Notes: generated by a model not told the origin, from the letters alone. A stretch of DNA of 64,000 nucleotides from Eledone cirrhosa (GCA_964016885.1 OZ024766.1:18600001-18664000); one strand, 5' to 3'. Positions 14,055-28,005 are shown, counted from the first letter of the stretch. Translations and numbers: made by a program.

Positions 14055-14112
14055 TTCATTCTGAGGATTGAAAGCAAAACCTTTTGCTTTTAAGAAACCA
14101 CTGGTAAATGGA
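14055..14112 (+). ncRNA. Type I hammerhead fold, right arm of perfect palindrome
   Basis: ttcatt-CTGAGGA-[ttgaaagcaaaa/ttttgcttttaa]-GAAA-cca c tgg-TA-aatgga. Confidence 0.7.
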
Positions 14113-14162
14113 ATAATTGCCTTATGTTGTTTATTACATAATAATAATATATATACATATAT

Positions 14163-14572
14163 ATATGTAATCCTTTAATCCTCTATTCTTATATTCCGCC
14201 AAGAAAGAGAAAGAGAGACAGAGACAATAATGATATTCCACTTCGTAAATAAATTCTGTAATTCTTCTCTCATTCCTTTAAACCTGTTCAGGTTTTTTTT
14301 CTTAATTATTTTATGTTTAATTTTCTGTTCGTTTATTTAAGTAAATTTTTTATTATTTTCTATTATAATATGACAAATTATCTCCCTTGCCATTCTGTCA
14401 TTCAGTTAATCCGTTAATCCTATTTCTCCCTCCCTTCCTCTCTCTTTCTGTCTGTATATCTCTTACTTGCAGCTGAGAGAGAGAAAGAGTAACACTTTAA
14501 AGGATTTCCTCCCCTTCTTTTTCCCTCGCTATGTCTTTCATATCTTCCTGCTCCTTCTACTTTAAGCTTCAC
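14163..14572 (+). repeat. ~400-bp direct repeat, right copy
   Basis: Near-identical to 10413-10820. Confidence 0.9.
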
Positions 14573-15664
14573 CTTTGAAGGATTCACTCCCCTTCTTTTC
14601 CCCTCCCTTTATCTACGTTGCCTGCCTCCTCCTTTCTCCCCTTCCTCTCTATGTATCACACCATGAAGATAGTGAGAGAGAAAGAGTAAGACTTTTAACG
14701 ATTCCTCCCTTTGTCATCGTTACCTACCTCCTCATCCCTCTCTCTCATCTGTAGCTAAGAAAGAGAGGAAGGAAGGGAGAGAGAAAGAAAGAGTGAGACT
14801 TTTAGATATTACCTCCCCTTCTTTTTCCCTCCCTGTGTCTTCTTAAAATACCTCCTACTCCAGTAATACGTCTCTTCTAGCGTTTCTTTTCCTTTGCTTC
14901 CCCCTCCTTTTTATTTATTAGCCTCTCTCTCTCTCGACTCTTACTCTCTCTCTACATCTCACAGACACACACACACACACGTAGACACACTATCATACAT
15001 ACACAGACACGCAGAAATACACATACACAGATAGAGCCATACATACATACGCAAACACAGTCCTATACATACACACACACACTCCATACATACGTAGACA
15101 CACACATATATAAAAATACCCCCACACCACCACCACCACAACACTTCGCCATCCCCTACCACCCCCAGAAAAACTTCGCCATCCCCTACCAGCACCACCA
15201 CCACAACACCCCTACCACCCCCACAACCCTACCAGCACCACCACCACAACACTTTACCATCCACTACCACCAACACTTTGCCATCCACTACACCGCCACC
15301 CCACTACAACACTTCGCCATCCCCTACCAGCAACACTTCGCCATCCACTACCACCAACATTGCCACCACCCCACCACAACACTTTGCCATCCACTACACC
15401 CCCACAACCACTACACCGCCATCCCACCACAACACTTCGCCATCCACTACACCACACCACCACACCACCAAAGCAATGTAAAGTCCATCTCACTGCACCA
15501 GTGATTGTATCTGAAATGGACAGAACCCAGTCATGCAAAAAATAGATTTATTAGAGTTTGTATTAGTTCTAAAAACCATGGAACTTTCCACAGACTAAAA
15601 CACTCCGAGGTGGACTTAGGAATTATTGATTCAAGGAACTTTCCACACAAACACACACAGACCA

Positions 15665-17135
15665 GAAAACTCTGAGATAGAGCCTCTACTTCTCCTAATT
15701 GAGAGACCACAGCTGTGATACTACAGACATGTGGTTAGAATGTCTCAGGAAAGAATCACTGGAGAGTCACTCCAGGTAGAGCTGCTACTTCTCTGAATTG
15801 AGAGATCACAGCTCTGATACTATGGACATGTGGTTAGAATGTCTCAGGAAAGAATCACTGGAGAGTCACTCCAGGTAGAGCTGCTACTTCTCTGAATTGA
15901 GAGATCACAGCTCTGATACTATGGACATGTGGTTAGAATGTCTCAGGTAAGAATCACTGGAGAGTCACTCCAGGTAGAGCTGCTACTTCTCTGAATTGAG
16001 AGATCACAGCTCTGATACTATGGACATGTGGTTAGAATGTCTCAGGAAAGAATCACTAGAGAGTCACTCCAGGTAGAGCTGCTACTTCTCTGAATTGAGA
16101 GATCACAGCTCTGATACTATGGACATGTGGTTAGAATGTCTCAGGTAAGAATCACTGGAGAGTCACACCAGGTAGAGCTGCTACTTCTCTGAATTGAGAG
16201 ATCACAGCTCTGATACTATGGACATGGGGTTAGAATGTCTCAGGAAAGAATCACTGGAGAGTCACTCCAGGTAGAGCTGCTACTTCTCTGAATAGAGAGA
16301 TCACAGCTCTGATACTATGGACATGTGGTTAGAATGTCTCAGGTAAGAATCACTGGAGAGTCACTCCAGGTAGAGCTGTTACTTCTCTGAATTGAGAGAT
16401 CACAGCTCTGATACTATGGACATGTGGTTAGAATGTCTCAGGTAAGAATCACTGGAGAGTCACTCCAGGTAGAGTTGTTACTTCTCTGAATTGAGAGATC
16501 ACAGCTCTGATACTATGGACATGTGGTTAGAATGTCTCAGGAAAGAATCACTGGAGAGTCACTCCAGGTAGAGCTGCTACTTCTCTGAATTGAGAGATCA
16601 CAGCTCTGATACTATGGACATGTGGTTAGAATGTCTCAGGTAAGAATCACTGGAGAGTCACTCCAGGTAGAGCTGCTACTTCTCTGAATTGAGAGATCAC
16701 AGCTCTGATACTATGGACATGTGGTTAGAATGTCTCAGGTAAGAATCACTGGAGAGTCACTCCAGGTAGAGCTGCTACTTCTCTGAATTGAGAGATCACA
16801 GCTCTGATACTATGGACATGTGGTTAGAATGTCTCAGGTAAGAATCACTGGAGAGTCACTCCAGGTAGAGCTGTTACTTCTCTGAATTGAGAGATCACAG
16901 CTCTGATACTATGGACATGTGGTTAGAATGTCTCAGGTAAGAATCACTGGAGAGTCACTCCAGGTAGAGCTGCTACTTCTCTGAATTGAGAGATCACAGC
17001 TCTGATACTGTGGACATGGGGTTAGAATGTCTCAGGTAAGAATCACTGGACAGATTTTACAGGCAAAACCAACCGGCAGGAGACTCAGGGGTAGACCCCA
17101 AGCAAGATAGTTGGATAACATCCACGAGCTTGGAA
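15665..17135 (+). repeat. 99-bp satellite (~13 units) derived from an RTE LINE
   Basis: Unit translates ELLLL*IERSQL*YYGHVVRMSQER; followed by PTGRRLRGRP. Confidence 0.85.
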
Positions 17136-18239
17136 ACAATTGTTGCTCTTTGAAAAAATAGAAAATGACTTTAGATGCAGAAAATACTTAATTTTATTGT
17201 CTTACTGTGGCCAGGCTGGGGCACTGCCTTTACTGTGGCCATACTGGGGCACTGCCTTACTGTGGCCATACTGGAGCAATGCCTTTACTGTGGTCATGCT
17301 GGGGCACTGTTGTTTTACTGGTTTCAGGCATTAGACAGTGGCCATGCTGGGGCACTGGTGTTTTACTGGTTTCAGGCATTAGACAGTGGTCATGCTGGGG
17401 CACTGTTGTTTTACTGGTTTCAGGCATTAGACAGTGGTCATGCTGGGGCACTGTTGTTTTACTGGTTTCAGGCATTAAACAGTGGCCATGCTGGGGCACT
17501 GTTGTTTTACTGGTTTCAGGCATTAGACAGTGGCCATGCTGGGGCACTGTTGTTTTACTGGTTTCAGGCATTAGACAGTGGCCATGCTGGGGCACTGGCT
17601 TGAAGGGGTTTAGCTTATCAAACTGACCCCCTTTGTAGTCTATTAAGCTGGTGTTGATATGCTGTTCCCTGTGGTAGTCAGTCTGATAGTGTTTATACAA
17701 CTGGTCAACATCTGGAGCTGTGCTACAGCTGGTCATTATGAGTACATCTGGTAGTATGTTACAGCTGGTCATAATCTGGACATCTGGTGGTGTGCTACAG
17801 CTGGTCATTATGTGGACATCTGGTGGTATGTTACAACTGGTCGTTATCTGGTCATCTGGTGGTGTTACAGCTGGTCATAATCTGGACATCTGGTGGTGCT
17901 ACAGCTGGTCGTTACCTGGACATCTGGTCATTATGTGTTGTCACAACTGCTGGTCGTTACCTGGACATCTGGCGGTATGTTACAACTGGTCGTTACCTGG
18001 TCATCTGGTGCTGTGTTAGAGCTGGCCATTACCTGGACATCTGGTGGTGTGACGTCACCAGTGGTCATCTGCCGCTTCTGGCCGTGATCTGGAGGTAAGT
18101 TAGGAATGTTGATGATCTGGTGGTATGGTGTTAATGGGTGACATCTGGCCGTGATCTGGTCGTATGTTGATGGTGATGAAATGGTGGTCAGCTAGGTGGT
18201 ATGTTGCCATCTGGTGGTCATCTGTTGTCACTGGTCAGT

Positions 18240-18279
18240 CTAGTGGTATTGGCCAAACAATGACCGATAAAGTTCATCT
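18240..18279 (-). CDS. AATF: AATF exon 13 (last)
   Basis: ttgcag acceptor; [12 protein letters not shown], matching the AATF C-terminal ELYRSLFG. Confidence 0.95.
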
Positions 18280-18526
18280 CTGCAAGGGGAAAGAAAATGT
18301 TTATAGTACAGCAGATGTATATATATGTATATACACCCACACACATATATATATATATATACACATATATATATATATATACACACACGCATATATATAT
18401 ATATACACACACGCATATATATATATATACACACACATATATATATATACACATATATATGTGTATATATATATATACACATATATATATATATATATAT
18501 ACACACACATATATATATATATATAT

Positions 18527-18566
<40 letters not shown>

Positions 18567-18734
18567 GTATATATATATACACATATATACACACATATAT
18601 ATACACACATATATATATATATATACACACACAGATATATATATATACACACATATATATACACACACACACATATATATATATACACACATATATATAC
18701 ACACACACACACATATATATACACACATATATAT

Positions 18735-18841
<107 letters not shown>

Positions 18842-19627
18842 GTGTATTTTGCAATACACTGTATGCTTAATTAAAATCATTTCGAAGACATTACGCCATT
18901 GTTTTAGAGTAGTGACAGTCTCACTTACTTCAATTTTCAGCAAACAGGGGAGATAACGGGGGAGATAAAATAAAGTACCAGTAATACACTGGGGTAATTG
19001 CTGGCCTTGTGCCCCCAAAAGTAGAAACAATTATTACAGGGTTGGTAAAATAAAGTACCAGTAATACACTGGGGTAATTGCTGGCCTTGTGCCCCCAAAA
19101 GTAGAAACAATTATTACGGGGTCGATAAAATAAAGTACCAGTAATACACTGGGGTAATTGCTGGCCTTGTGCCCCCCAAAATAGAAACAATTCTTACAGG
19201 GGTCGATAAAATAAAGTACCAGTAATACACTGGGGTAATTGCTGGCCTTGTGGCCCCCAAAAGTAGAAACAATTATTACAGGGTTGGTAAAATAAAGTAC
19301 CAGTAATACACTGGGGTAATTGCTGGCCTTGTGCCTAAAGTAGAAACAATTATTACAGGGTTGGTAAAATAAAGTACCAGTAATACACTGGAGTAATTGC
19401 TGGCCTTGTGCCCCCAAAAGTAGAAACAATTATTACGGGGTCGGTAAAATAAAGTACCAGTAATACACTGGGGTAATTGCTGGCCTTGTGCCTAAAGTAG
19501 AAACAATTATTTATTCAAAGTAATCCAACTTATTTTACTAATGGGATAAAAAATTATAAACCGTGCGCGGTCCTGCACTCCTTACTTTATTATAGTTTAG
19601 ATATACAGCCACAGAAGTATCACTCAC

Positions 19628-19699
19628 CTTGCTTCATCTGTCCAACTGGTGTGATCAAACGGACCTATGAAGTTAACGAGTTTTTTATGTACATCATAC
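19628..19699 (-). CDS. AATF: AATF exon 12
   Basis: YDVHKKLVNFIGPFDHTSWTDEA; canonical splice sites, phase 2-2. Confidence 0.94.
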
Positions 19700-19717
19700 C
19701 TGGAAATAGAGTGAGAG

Positions 19718-19748
<31 letters not shown>

Positions 19749-19859
19749 AATAAATATAGATACATACATATTATCATCATCATCATCACCGTTTTACGTC
19801 TGTTCTTCCACGCTAGCATGGGTTAAACGGGTTGAGTATATATATATATATATATGTAT

Positions 19860-20727
19860 GGAGGCACATGGCTTAGTCGTTAGAGCATTGGCCTTGCAAT
19901 CGAAAGGTTGTGAGTTCAATTCTCAGACCAGGTGATGTGTTGTTTCCTTGAGCAAGACACTTTATTTCACATTGCTCCAGTTTACTCAGCTGTAGAAATG
20001 AGTTGATAGGGACTGGGGTCCCTATCATTCCACTGTAAAGTGGTCGTGGAGGTGCCACGACAGAAAAGCACCCAGCACTCACTGTAAAGTGGTCGTGGAG
20101 GTGCCACAGCAAAAAAGCACCCAGCACTCACTGTAAAGTAGTCGTGGAGGTGCCACGGCAAAAAAGCACCCAGCACTCACTGTAAAGTGGTCTGGAGGTG
20201 CCACAGCAAAAAAGCACCCAGCACTCACTGTAAAGTGGTCGTGGAGGTGCCACAGCAAAAAAGCACCCAGCCCACACTGTAAAGTGGTCGTGGAGGTGCC
20301 ACAGCAAAAAAGCACCCAGCACTCACTGTAAAGTGGTCGTGGAGGTGCCATGGCAAAAAAGCACCCAGCACTCACTGTAAAGTGGTCGTGGAGGTGCCAT
20401 GGCAAAAAAAAGCACCCAGCACTCACTGTAAAGTGGTCGTGGAGGTGCCATGGCAAAAAAGCACCCAGCACTCACTGTAAAGTGGTCGTGGAGGTGCCAC
20501 AGCAAAAAAGCACCCAGCACTCACTGTAAAGTGGTCGTGGAGGTGCCATGGCAAAAAAGCACCCAGCACTCACTGTAAAGTGGTCGTGGAGGCGCCACGG
20601 CAAAAAAAGAACCCAGCACTCACTGTAAATGAGGTTGGTGTTAGGAAGGGCATCCAGCTGTAGAAATCAAGCCAGAATCAGTTCCCGTCCCACCCTTGCA
20701 AGCAGGGAAAAGCAGACGTAAAATGAT
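19860..20727 (+). mobile_element. VNTR-SINE (~12 units)
   Basis: Full head-to-tail copy. Confidence 0.85.
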
Positions 20728-20730
20728 ATA

Positions 20731-20787
<57 letters not shown>

Positions 20788-20922
20788 TTTAATACTGAAA
20801 AAAAAAAAAGAAAGAAAACAACAAATGGGATGGTCATATTTGGAGCCTCAAACGATGACATCATCAACAACAACAACAACAATCAATTATAAATTTGTCT
20901 AAAAAAAGTCACAGAATCTGAC

Positions 20923-21003
20923 CTGAGTTTTCTCCCCTTGCTGGCCCTGGGATCCACGGTCCTCTTTTTTTTATCTCGCAGTTGTTGGATCTCATGGAAT
21001 TGT
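20923..21003 (-). CDS. AATF: AATF exon 11
   Basis: QFHEIQQLRDKKKRTVDPRASKGRKLR (VDxxASKGRKLR motif). Confidence 0.96.
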
Positions 21004-21869
21004 CTAGAAATAGAATTGGATAGTTGATATGTAATGCTCGGATCTATTCATTGGAATGGCGCATGTCTCTCAGACATGACACCCTAAATTTAATTTTGGA
21101 TATATATACGGCCCCTTAATTGGAGAGCTAACTCAGTCGAAAGGACTTGGCTGCTATTTCTAGCTGTCAATAATCTTATTCACACCACTGAGATGAAGCT
21201 GGTACGATGTGTGTATTATAAAAAAAATGCAACACGTGCTTTGAGTCATTCACAGATTTGCATTTGCTGTGTAAACACAGATAGTTAAGTCTTCTCCCTT
21301 GTTGAAGATCCGTCATTTGGCTAGTCGTTTACCGATTGATGGTGAAATATATTTATTTAATGAAATATATACAAGGAAGATTATTTATAAGGTATCTCTA
21401 TTTAAAGTTCTAGTTAAACTTTAATTAGTTACCTGCCTAGCTATGTGCTTACATACTTTACAAATTATTCCGTGATTGTTTCATATGTCTATTTAAATAT
21501 ATATATATATATATTTGTCAATCAATTTCTAGTTGATATGTAATGCTCGGATCTATTTATTGGAATCTTGGAGCATATTCTACAGTGGATATGGCGCATG
21601 TCTCTCAGACATGACACCCTAAATTTAATTTTGGATATATATACGGCCCCTTAATTGTAGAGCTAACTCAGTCGAAAGGACTCGGCTGCTATTTCTAGCT
21701 GTCAATAATCCTATTCACACCACTGGGATGAAGCTGGTACGATGTGTGTATTTAAAAAAAAATGCAACACATGCTTTGAGTCATTCACAGATTTGTATTT
21801 GCTGTGTAAACACAGATAGTTGAAGATCCGAGATTTGGCTACTGTCGTTTACTGATTGATGGTGAAATA

Positions 21870-22855
21870 TATTTCTCTCCAAGACAATGTCACTGGACCA
21901 AGATCTTTGGAAAAATTTCTATTGGCTGCTAAAGGTTTCTCCCTAAAAATGAAAGGCAGGCTTATGATGCCTGCATACGAACAGCAATGTTACATGGCAG
22001 TGGGACCTGGGCATTGTGTGCAGAGGATATACGCAGACTGGAGAGGAACGAAGCTTGCATGCTCCGCTGGATGTGTAATAGTAATATACGTGAACAGCAA
22101 AGCATAAACGAACTAGCAGCAAGTGCCCACAGAATACTAGCTCATTCCATTACACAGAGGGTTCTATAGAAATAGTGGACACCTTCTGTTATCTGGGTGA
22201 CAAAATCAGCAGTGGGGGAGGGTGCTCTGAAAGTACAGTAGCTAGAGTTAAAACGGGATGGAAAAAGTTCAGAGAGCTTATACCACTATTAGCCGCTAAA
22301 GGGTTCTCTCTAAAAAGGAAAGGCAGGCTGTATGATGCCTGCATACGAACAGCAATGTTACATGGCAGTGAGACCTGGGCATTGTGTGCAGAGGATATAC
22401 GCAGACTGGAGAGGAACGAAGCTTGCATGCTCCACTGGATGTGTAATAGTAATATACGTGAACGGCAAAGCATAAACGAACTAAGTGAGAAATTAGGAAT
22501 AAGAGGGATCAGATGTTGTTTACTCGAGAGAAGGCTACGTTGGTACGGTCACGTGATGCGCATGAAAGACGACAGCTGTATAACAAAGTGCAGGGCAATA
22601 AAGATAGACGGTAGCCACGGAGTAGGCAGACCCAGAAAAACCTGGGACGACTTGATAAATTCCGACCTCACACACTTCCACCTCTCCAAGACAATGTCAC
22701 TGGACCGAGATCTTTGGCGGTACTCAGTAATAGAGAAGACCCGCCTTACCTAACCTAAGTACAAAGTAAAACCTACTACAGTCAGTAGGCACCTCTAACA
22801 AAATACACCCCCGTCCCACTACACCCATCCCACTCCCCACCCTCTCCTACCACCT
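21870..22855 (+). mobile_element. 5'-truncated RTE-clade LINE (RT C-terminus plus 3' UTR) with a partial duplication
   Basis: FCYLG...KGRLYDACIRTAMLHGSETW...RRLRWYGHVMRM...GRPRKTW. Confidence 0.9.
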
Positions 22856-22894
22856 GAAGAGACCTATAAATACCATATTTATGTTTTGATACCC

Positions 22895-22945
22895 AGATTC
22901 CTGATGATTTCTAAAGAATGAAACAGTTGTAGTCCTGTAGAATCT
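22895..22945 (+). ncRNA. Type I hammerhead fold, second copy of 2871-2923
   Basis: agattc-CTGATGA...GAAAcag...ctgTA-gaatct; antisense within AATF intron 10. Confidence 0.72.
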
Positions 22946-23029
22946 CATCTATATTAAAACTTTTATACTCTGCTATGTATTGAGTACCTTACTGTGGTTA
23001 CCTCCGATTCAACCTGGAATAACGTATAT

Positions 23030-23088
<59 letters not shown>

Positions 23089-23173
23089 AAAAGGTAAACA
23101 GAAATAACAACAGAATCAGTACAGTATATGGAAGGGATATATTAGGTTAACACTTGATATAGCAGGAAGAGGG

Positions 23174-23209
23174 TCCTAACATTTCGGACGCTAGTCCTTC
23201 ATCAGAGGA
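23174..23209 (-). ncRNA. Minimal PLE-type hammerhead fold in AATF intron 10 (sense); decayed homolog at ~3050-3085
   Basis: tcct-CTGATGA-a-ggac/gtcc-GAAAtgtt-agga. Confidence 0.5.
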
Positions 23210-23332
23210 AAGAATGAGAAATAAGATAGATCGAGGGGACGGGCAGGGTTGGAATTGGAGACAGATGAGAAAAAGGTGGTGTAAGAATATTGTAGTAGAG
23301 GAAATGTGGTAGAATATATATATATATATATA

Positions 23333-23700
23333 TATATTGTTATACTTGGGGAGGGCCATATTGTTGTAATAATATTGCCAGAATTAATAACAGAACACAC
23401 TCACTGTTTGGTTAGTTCTCGCTTCTGTGTCTTTTATATCTGTAATCTAATTTATTCGGTCCTCAATGTTGCCATTGACTGACCAACGGTCAAAAATACA
23501 GATACAATATAGACACAAACACATATATATAGTCAAACAAAGTTCTTTCGTTGCACATCTGCAACATCGTCAGTGGTGCTATTGTTTCCTCCCGTTGTAT
23601 TGTATGCTTACGCCATCTTTTGTGAAACAGTGAGTGTGCTCTGTTATTAATTCTGGCAATATTATTACAACAATATGACCCTCCCCAAGTATAACAATAT
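23333..23700. mobile_element. MITE-like element with ~75-bp terminal inverted repeats
   Basis: ttgttatacttgggg...actcactgttt versus aaacagtgagt...ccccaagtataacaa. Confidence 0.7.
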
Positions 23701-23769
23701 TTATTTCGACACACGATTTCATATCGAAAACCTCGCAAAGCTAATTCATCGTATGAAGTATTGGCTTAC

Positions 23770-23915
23770 CCGGGAATTGAACCCTGGCCACCACCTATCG
23801 TCTTTCTCCGTATAAAGTCTTGTAGCAACATATGGTAGAAGTCGGAGTCATCGAATATCTCCTCCTGGCGCGTGTCTTTCATTTCTTCTTCCTTGTTGAC
23901 GGCTACGGGTTCGTC
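23770..23915 (-). CDS. AATF: AATF exon 10
   Basis: EEIFDDSDFYHMLLQDFIRRK matches the TRAUB-domain IFDDxDFY motif. Confidence 0.96.
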
Positions 23916-23970
23916 CTATTGTGGAATGTAGAAATATTGACTCTTAATGTCTCGTAAACACATGAAACAT

Positions 23971-26900
23971 CACTAGTAAAGATACTATAAACATTTAGTA
24001 CACTAGTAAAGATACTATAGACATTTAGTATAATAGTAAAGGTACTATAGACATTTAGTACACCAGTAAAGGTACTATAGACATTTAGTACACTAGTAAA
24101 GATACTATAAACATTTAGACCACTAGTAAAGGTACTATAGACATTTAGTCCACTAGTAAAGGTACTATAGACATTTAGTCCACTAGTAAAGGTACTATAA
24201 ACATTTAGTATACTAGTAAAGGTACTATAAACATTTAGTATACTAGTAAAGGTACTATAAACATTTAGTATACTAGTAAAGGTACTATAAACATTTAGTA
24301 TACTAGTAAAGGTACTATAAACATTTAGTACACTAGTAAAGGTACTATAAACATTTAGTACACTAGTAAAGGTACTATAAACATTTAGTATACTAGTAAA
24401 GGTACTATAAACATTTAGTATACTAGTAAAGGTACTATAAACATTTAGTATACTAGTAAAGGTACTATAAACATTTAGTATACTAGTAAAGGTACTATAA
24501 ACATTTAGTATACTAGTAAAGGTACTATAAACATTTAGTACACTAGTAAAGGTACTATAAACATTTAGTATACTAGTAAAGGTACTATAAACATTTAGTC
24601 CACTAGTAAAGGTACTATAAACATTTAGTATACTAGTAAAGGTACTATAAACATTTAGTATACTAGTAAAGGTACTATAAACATTTAGTACACTAGTAAA
24701 GGTACTATAGACATTTAGTACACTAGTAAAGGTACTATAAACATTTAGTACACTAGTAAAGATACTATAGACCTTTAGTACACTAGTAAAGGTACTATAA
24801 ACATTTAGTACACTAGTAAAGGTACTATAAACATTTAGTACACTAGTAAAGGTACTATAAACATTTAGTACACTAGTAAAGATACTATAGACATTTAGTA
24901 CACCAGTAAAGGTACTATAGACATTTAGTACACTAGTAAAGAGACTATAAACATTTAGTACACTAGTAAAGGTACTATAAACATTTAGTCCACCAGTAAA
25001 GATACTATAAACATTTAGTCCACCAGTAAAGATATTATAAACATTTAGTCCACCAGTAAAGATACTATAAACATTTAGTCCACCAGTAAAGATACTATAA
25101 ACATTTAGTCCACCAGTAAAGATACTATAAACATTTAGTCCACCAGTAAAGATACTATAAACATTTAGTCCACTAGTAAAGATGTAAAGATACTATAAAC
25201 ATTTAGTCCACTAGTAAAGATACTATAAACATTTAGTCCACTAGTAAAGATACTATAAACATTTAGTCCACGAGTAAAGAGACTATAAACATTTAGTACA
25301 CTAGTAAAGGTACTATAAACATTTAGTCCACCAGTAAAGATACTATAAACATTTAGTCCACTAGTAAAGATACTATAAACATTTAGTACACTAGTAAAGA
25401 TACTATAAACATTTAGTACACTAGTAAAGGTACTATAAACATTTAGTCCACTAGTAAAGATACTATAAACATTTAGTCCACTAGTAAAGATACTATAAAC
25501 ATTTAGTACACTAGTAAAGATACTATAAACATTTAGTACACTAGTAAAGGTACTATAAACATTTAGTCCACTAGTAAAGGTACTATAAACATTTAGTACA
25601 CTAGTAAAGGTACTATAAACATTTAGTACACTAGTAAAGATACTATAGACCTTTAGTACACTAGTAAAGGTACTATAAACATTTAGTACACTAGTAAAGA
25701 TACTATAAACATTTAGTACACCAGTAAAGATACTATAAACATTTAGTCCACTAGTAAAGATACTATAAACATTTAGTACACTAGTAAAGATACTATAAAC
25801 ATTTAGTCCACTAGTAAAGGTACTATAAACATTTAGTCCACTAGTAAAGGTACTATAGACCTTTAGTACACTAGTAAAGATACTATAAACATTTAGTACA
25901 CCAGTAAAGATACTATAAACATTTAGTCCACTAGTAAAGATATTATAAACATTTAGTCCACCAGTAAAGATACTATAAACATTTAGTACACTAGTAAAGA
26001 TACTATAAACATTTAGTCCACTAGTAAAGATACTATAAACATTTAGTCCACTAGTAAAGATACTATAAACATTTAGTCCACTAGTTAAGGTACTATAAAC
26101 ATTTAGTACACTAGTAAAGGTACTATAAATATTAGTACACCAGTAAAGATACTATAAACATTTAGTCCACTAGTAAAGATACTATAAACCTTTAGTCCAC
26201 TAGTAAAGATACTATAAACATTTAGTACACTAGTAAAGATACTATAAACATTTAGTCCACTAGTAAAGATACTATACACATTTAGTCCACTAGTAAAGAT
26301 ACTATAAACATTTAGTACACTAGTAAAGATACTATAGACCTTTAGTACACTAGTAAAGGTACTATAAACATTTAGTACACTAGTAAAGATATTATAAACT
26401 TTTAGTCCACCAGTAAAGATACTATAAATATTTAGTCCACTAGTAAAGATACTATACACATTTAGTCCACTAGTAAAGATACTATAGACCTTTAGTCCAC
26501 TAGTAAAGATACTATAAACATTTAGTCCACCAGTAAAGATACTATAAATATTTAGTCCACTAGTAAAGATACTATAAACATTTAGTCCACTAGTAAAGAT
26601 ACTATAAACATTTAGTCCACTAGTAAAGGTACTATAAACATTTAGTCCACTAGTAAAGATACTATAAACATTTAGTCCACTAGTAAAGATACTATAAACA
26701 TTTAGTCCACTAGTAAAGGTACTATAAACATTTAGTCCACTAATAAAGATACTATAACATTTAGTCCACTAGTAAAGATACTATAAATATTTAGTCCACT
26801 AGTAAAGATACTATAAACATTTAGTCCACTAGTAAAGATACTATAAACATTTAGTCCACTAATAAAGATACTATAAACATTTAGTATACCAGTAAAGATA

Positions 26901-27848
26901 CTATAAACATTTAGTCCACCCGTAAAGATACTATAAACATTTAGTCCACTAGTAAAGATACTATAAATATTTAGTCCACTAGTAAAGATACTATAAATAT
27001 TTAGTACACCAGTAAAGATACTATAAACATTTAGTCCACCAGTAAAGATACTATAAACATTTAGTCCACTAGTAAAGGTACTATAAACATTTAGTACACC
27101 AGTAAAGATACTATAAACATTTAGTCCACTAGTAAAGATACTATAAACATTTAGTACACTAGTAAAGATACTATAAACATTTAGTCCACCAGTAAAGGTA
27201 CTATAAACATTTAGTCCACCAGTAAAGGTACTATAAACATTTAGTTCACCAGTAAAGATACTATAAATATTTAGTCCACTAGTAAAGATACTATAAACAT
27301 TTAGTACACTAGTAAAGATACTATAAACATTTAGTCCACCAGTAAAGGTACTATAAACATTTAGACCACCAGTAAAGGTACTATAAACATTTAGTCCACT
27401 AGTAAAGATACTATAAACATTTAGTCCACCAGTAAAGATACTATAAACATTTAGTCCACTAGTAAAGGTACTATAAACATTTAGTCCACTAGTAAAGATA
27501 CTATAAACATTTAGTCCACTAGTAAAGGTACTATAAACATTTAGTACACTAGTAAAGATACTATAAACATTTAGTCCACTAGTAAAGGTACTATAAACAT
27601 TTAGTCCACTAGTAAAGGTACTATAAACATTTAGTACACTAGTAAAGATACTATAAACATTTAGTCCACTAGTAAAGGTACTATAAACATTTAGTCCACT
27701 AGTAAAGGTACTATAAACATTTAGTACACTAGTAAAGATACTATAAACATTTAGTACACTAGTAAAGATACTATAAACATTTAGTCCACTAGTAAAGGTA
27801 CTATAAACATTTAGTACACTAGTAAAGATACTATAAACATTTAGTACA
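23971..27848. repeat. 30-bp minisatellite (~129 units) in AATF intron 9
   Basis: cactagtaaag(a/g)tactataaacatttagt(a/c). Confidence 0.97.
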
Positions 27849-27972
27849 GAACAACACTATGACTACATCACATTAAATATTAAAGTCTTTACTGTAATAC
27901 TGTAAATATTCACAACAATCTGTCTACATATACCATACACATATCATACATATACATACACACTTCCTATAT

Positions 27973-28005
<33 letters not shown>

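Noticed and set aside
19860-19932. tRNA-like sequence with a TGC anticodon position
   Set aside because: No proper acceptor stem; it is the head of a multi-copy SINE
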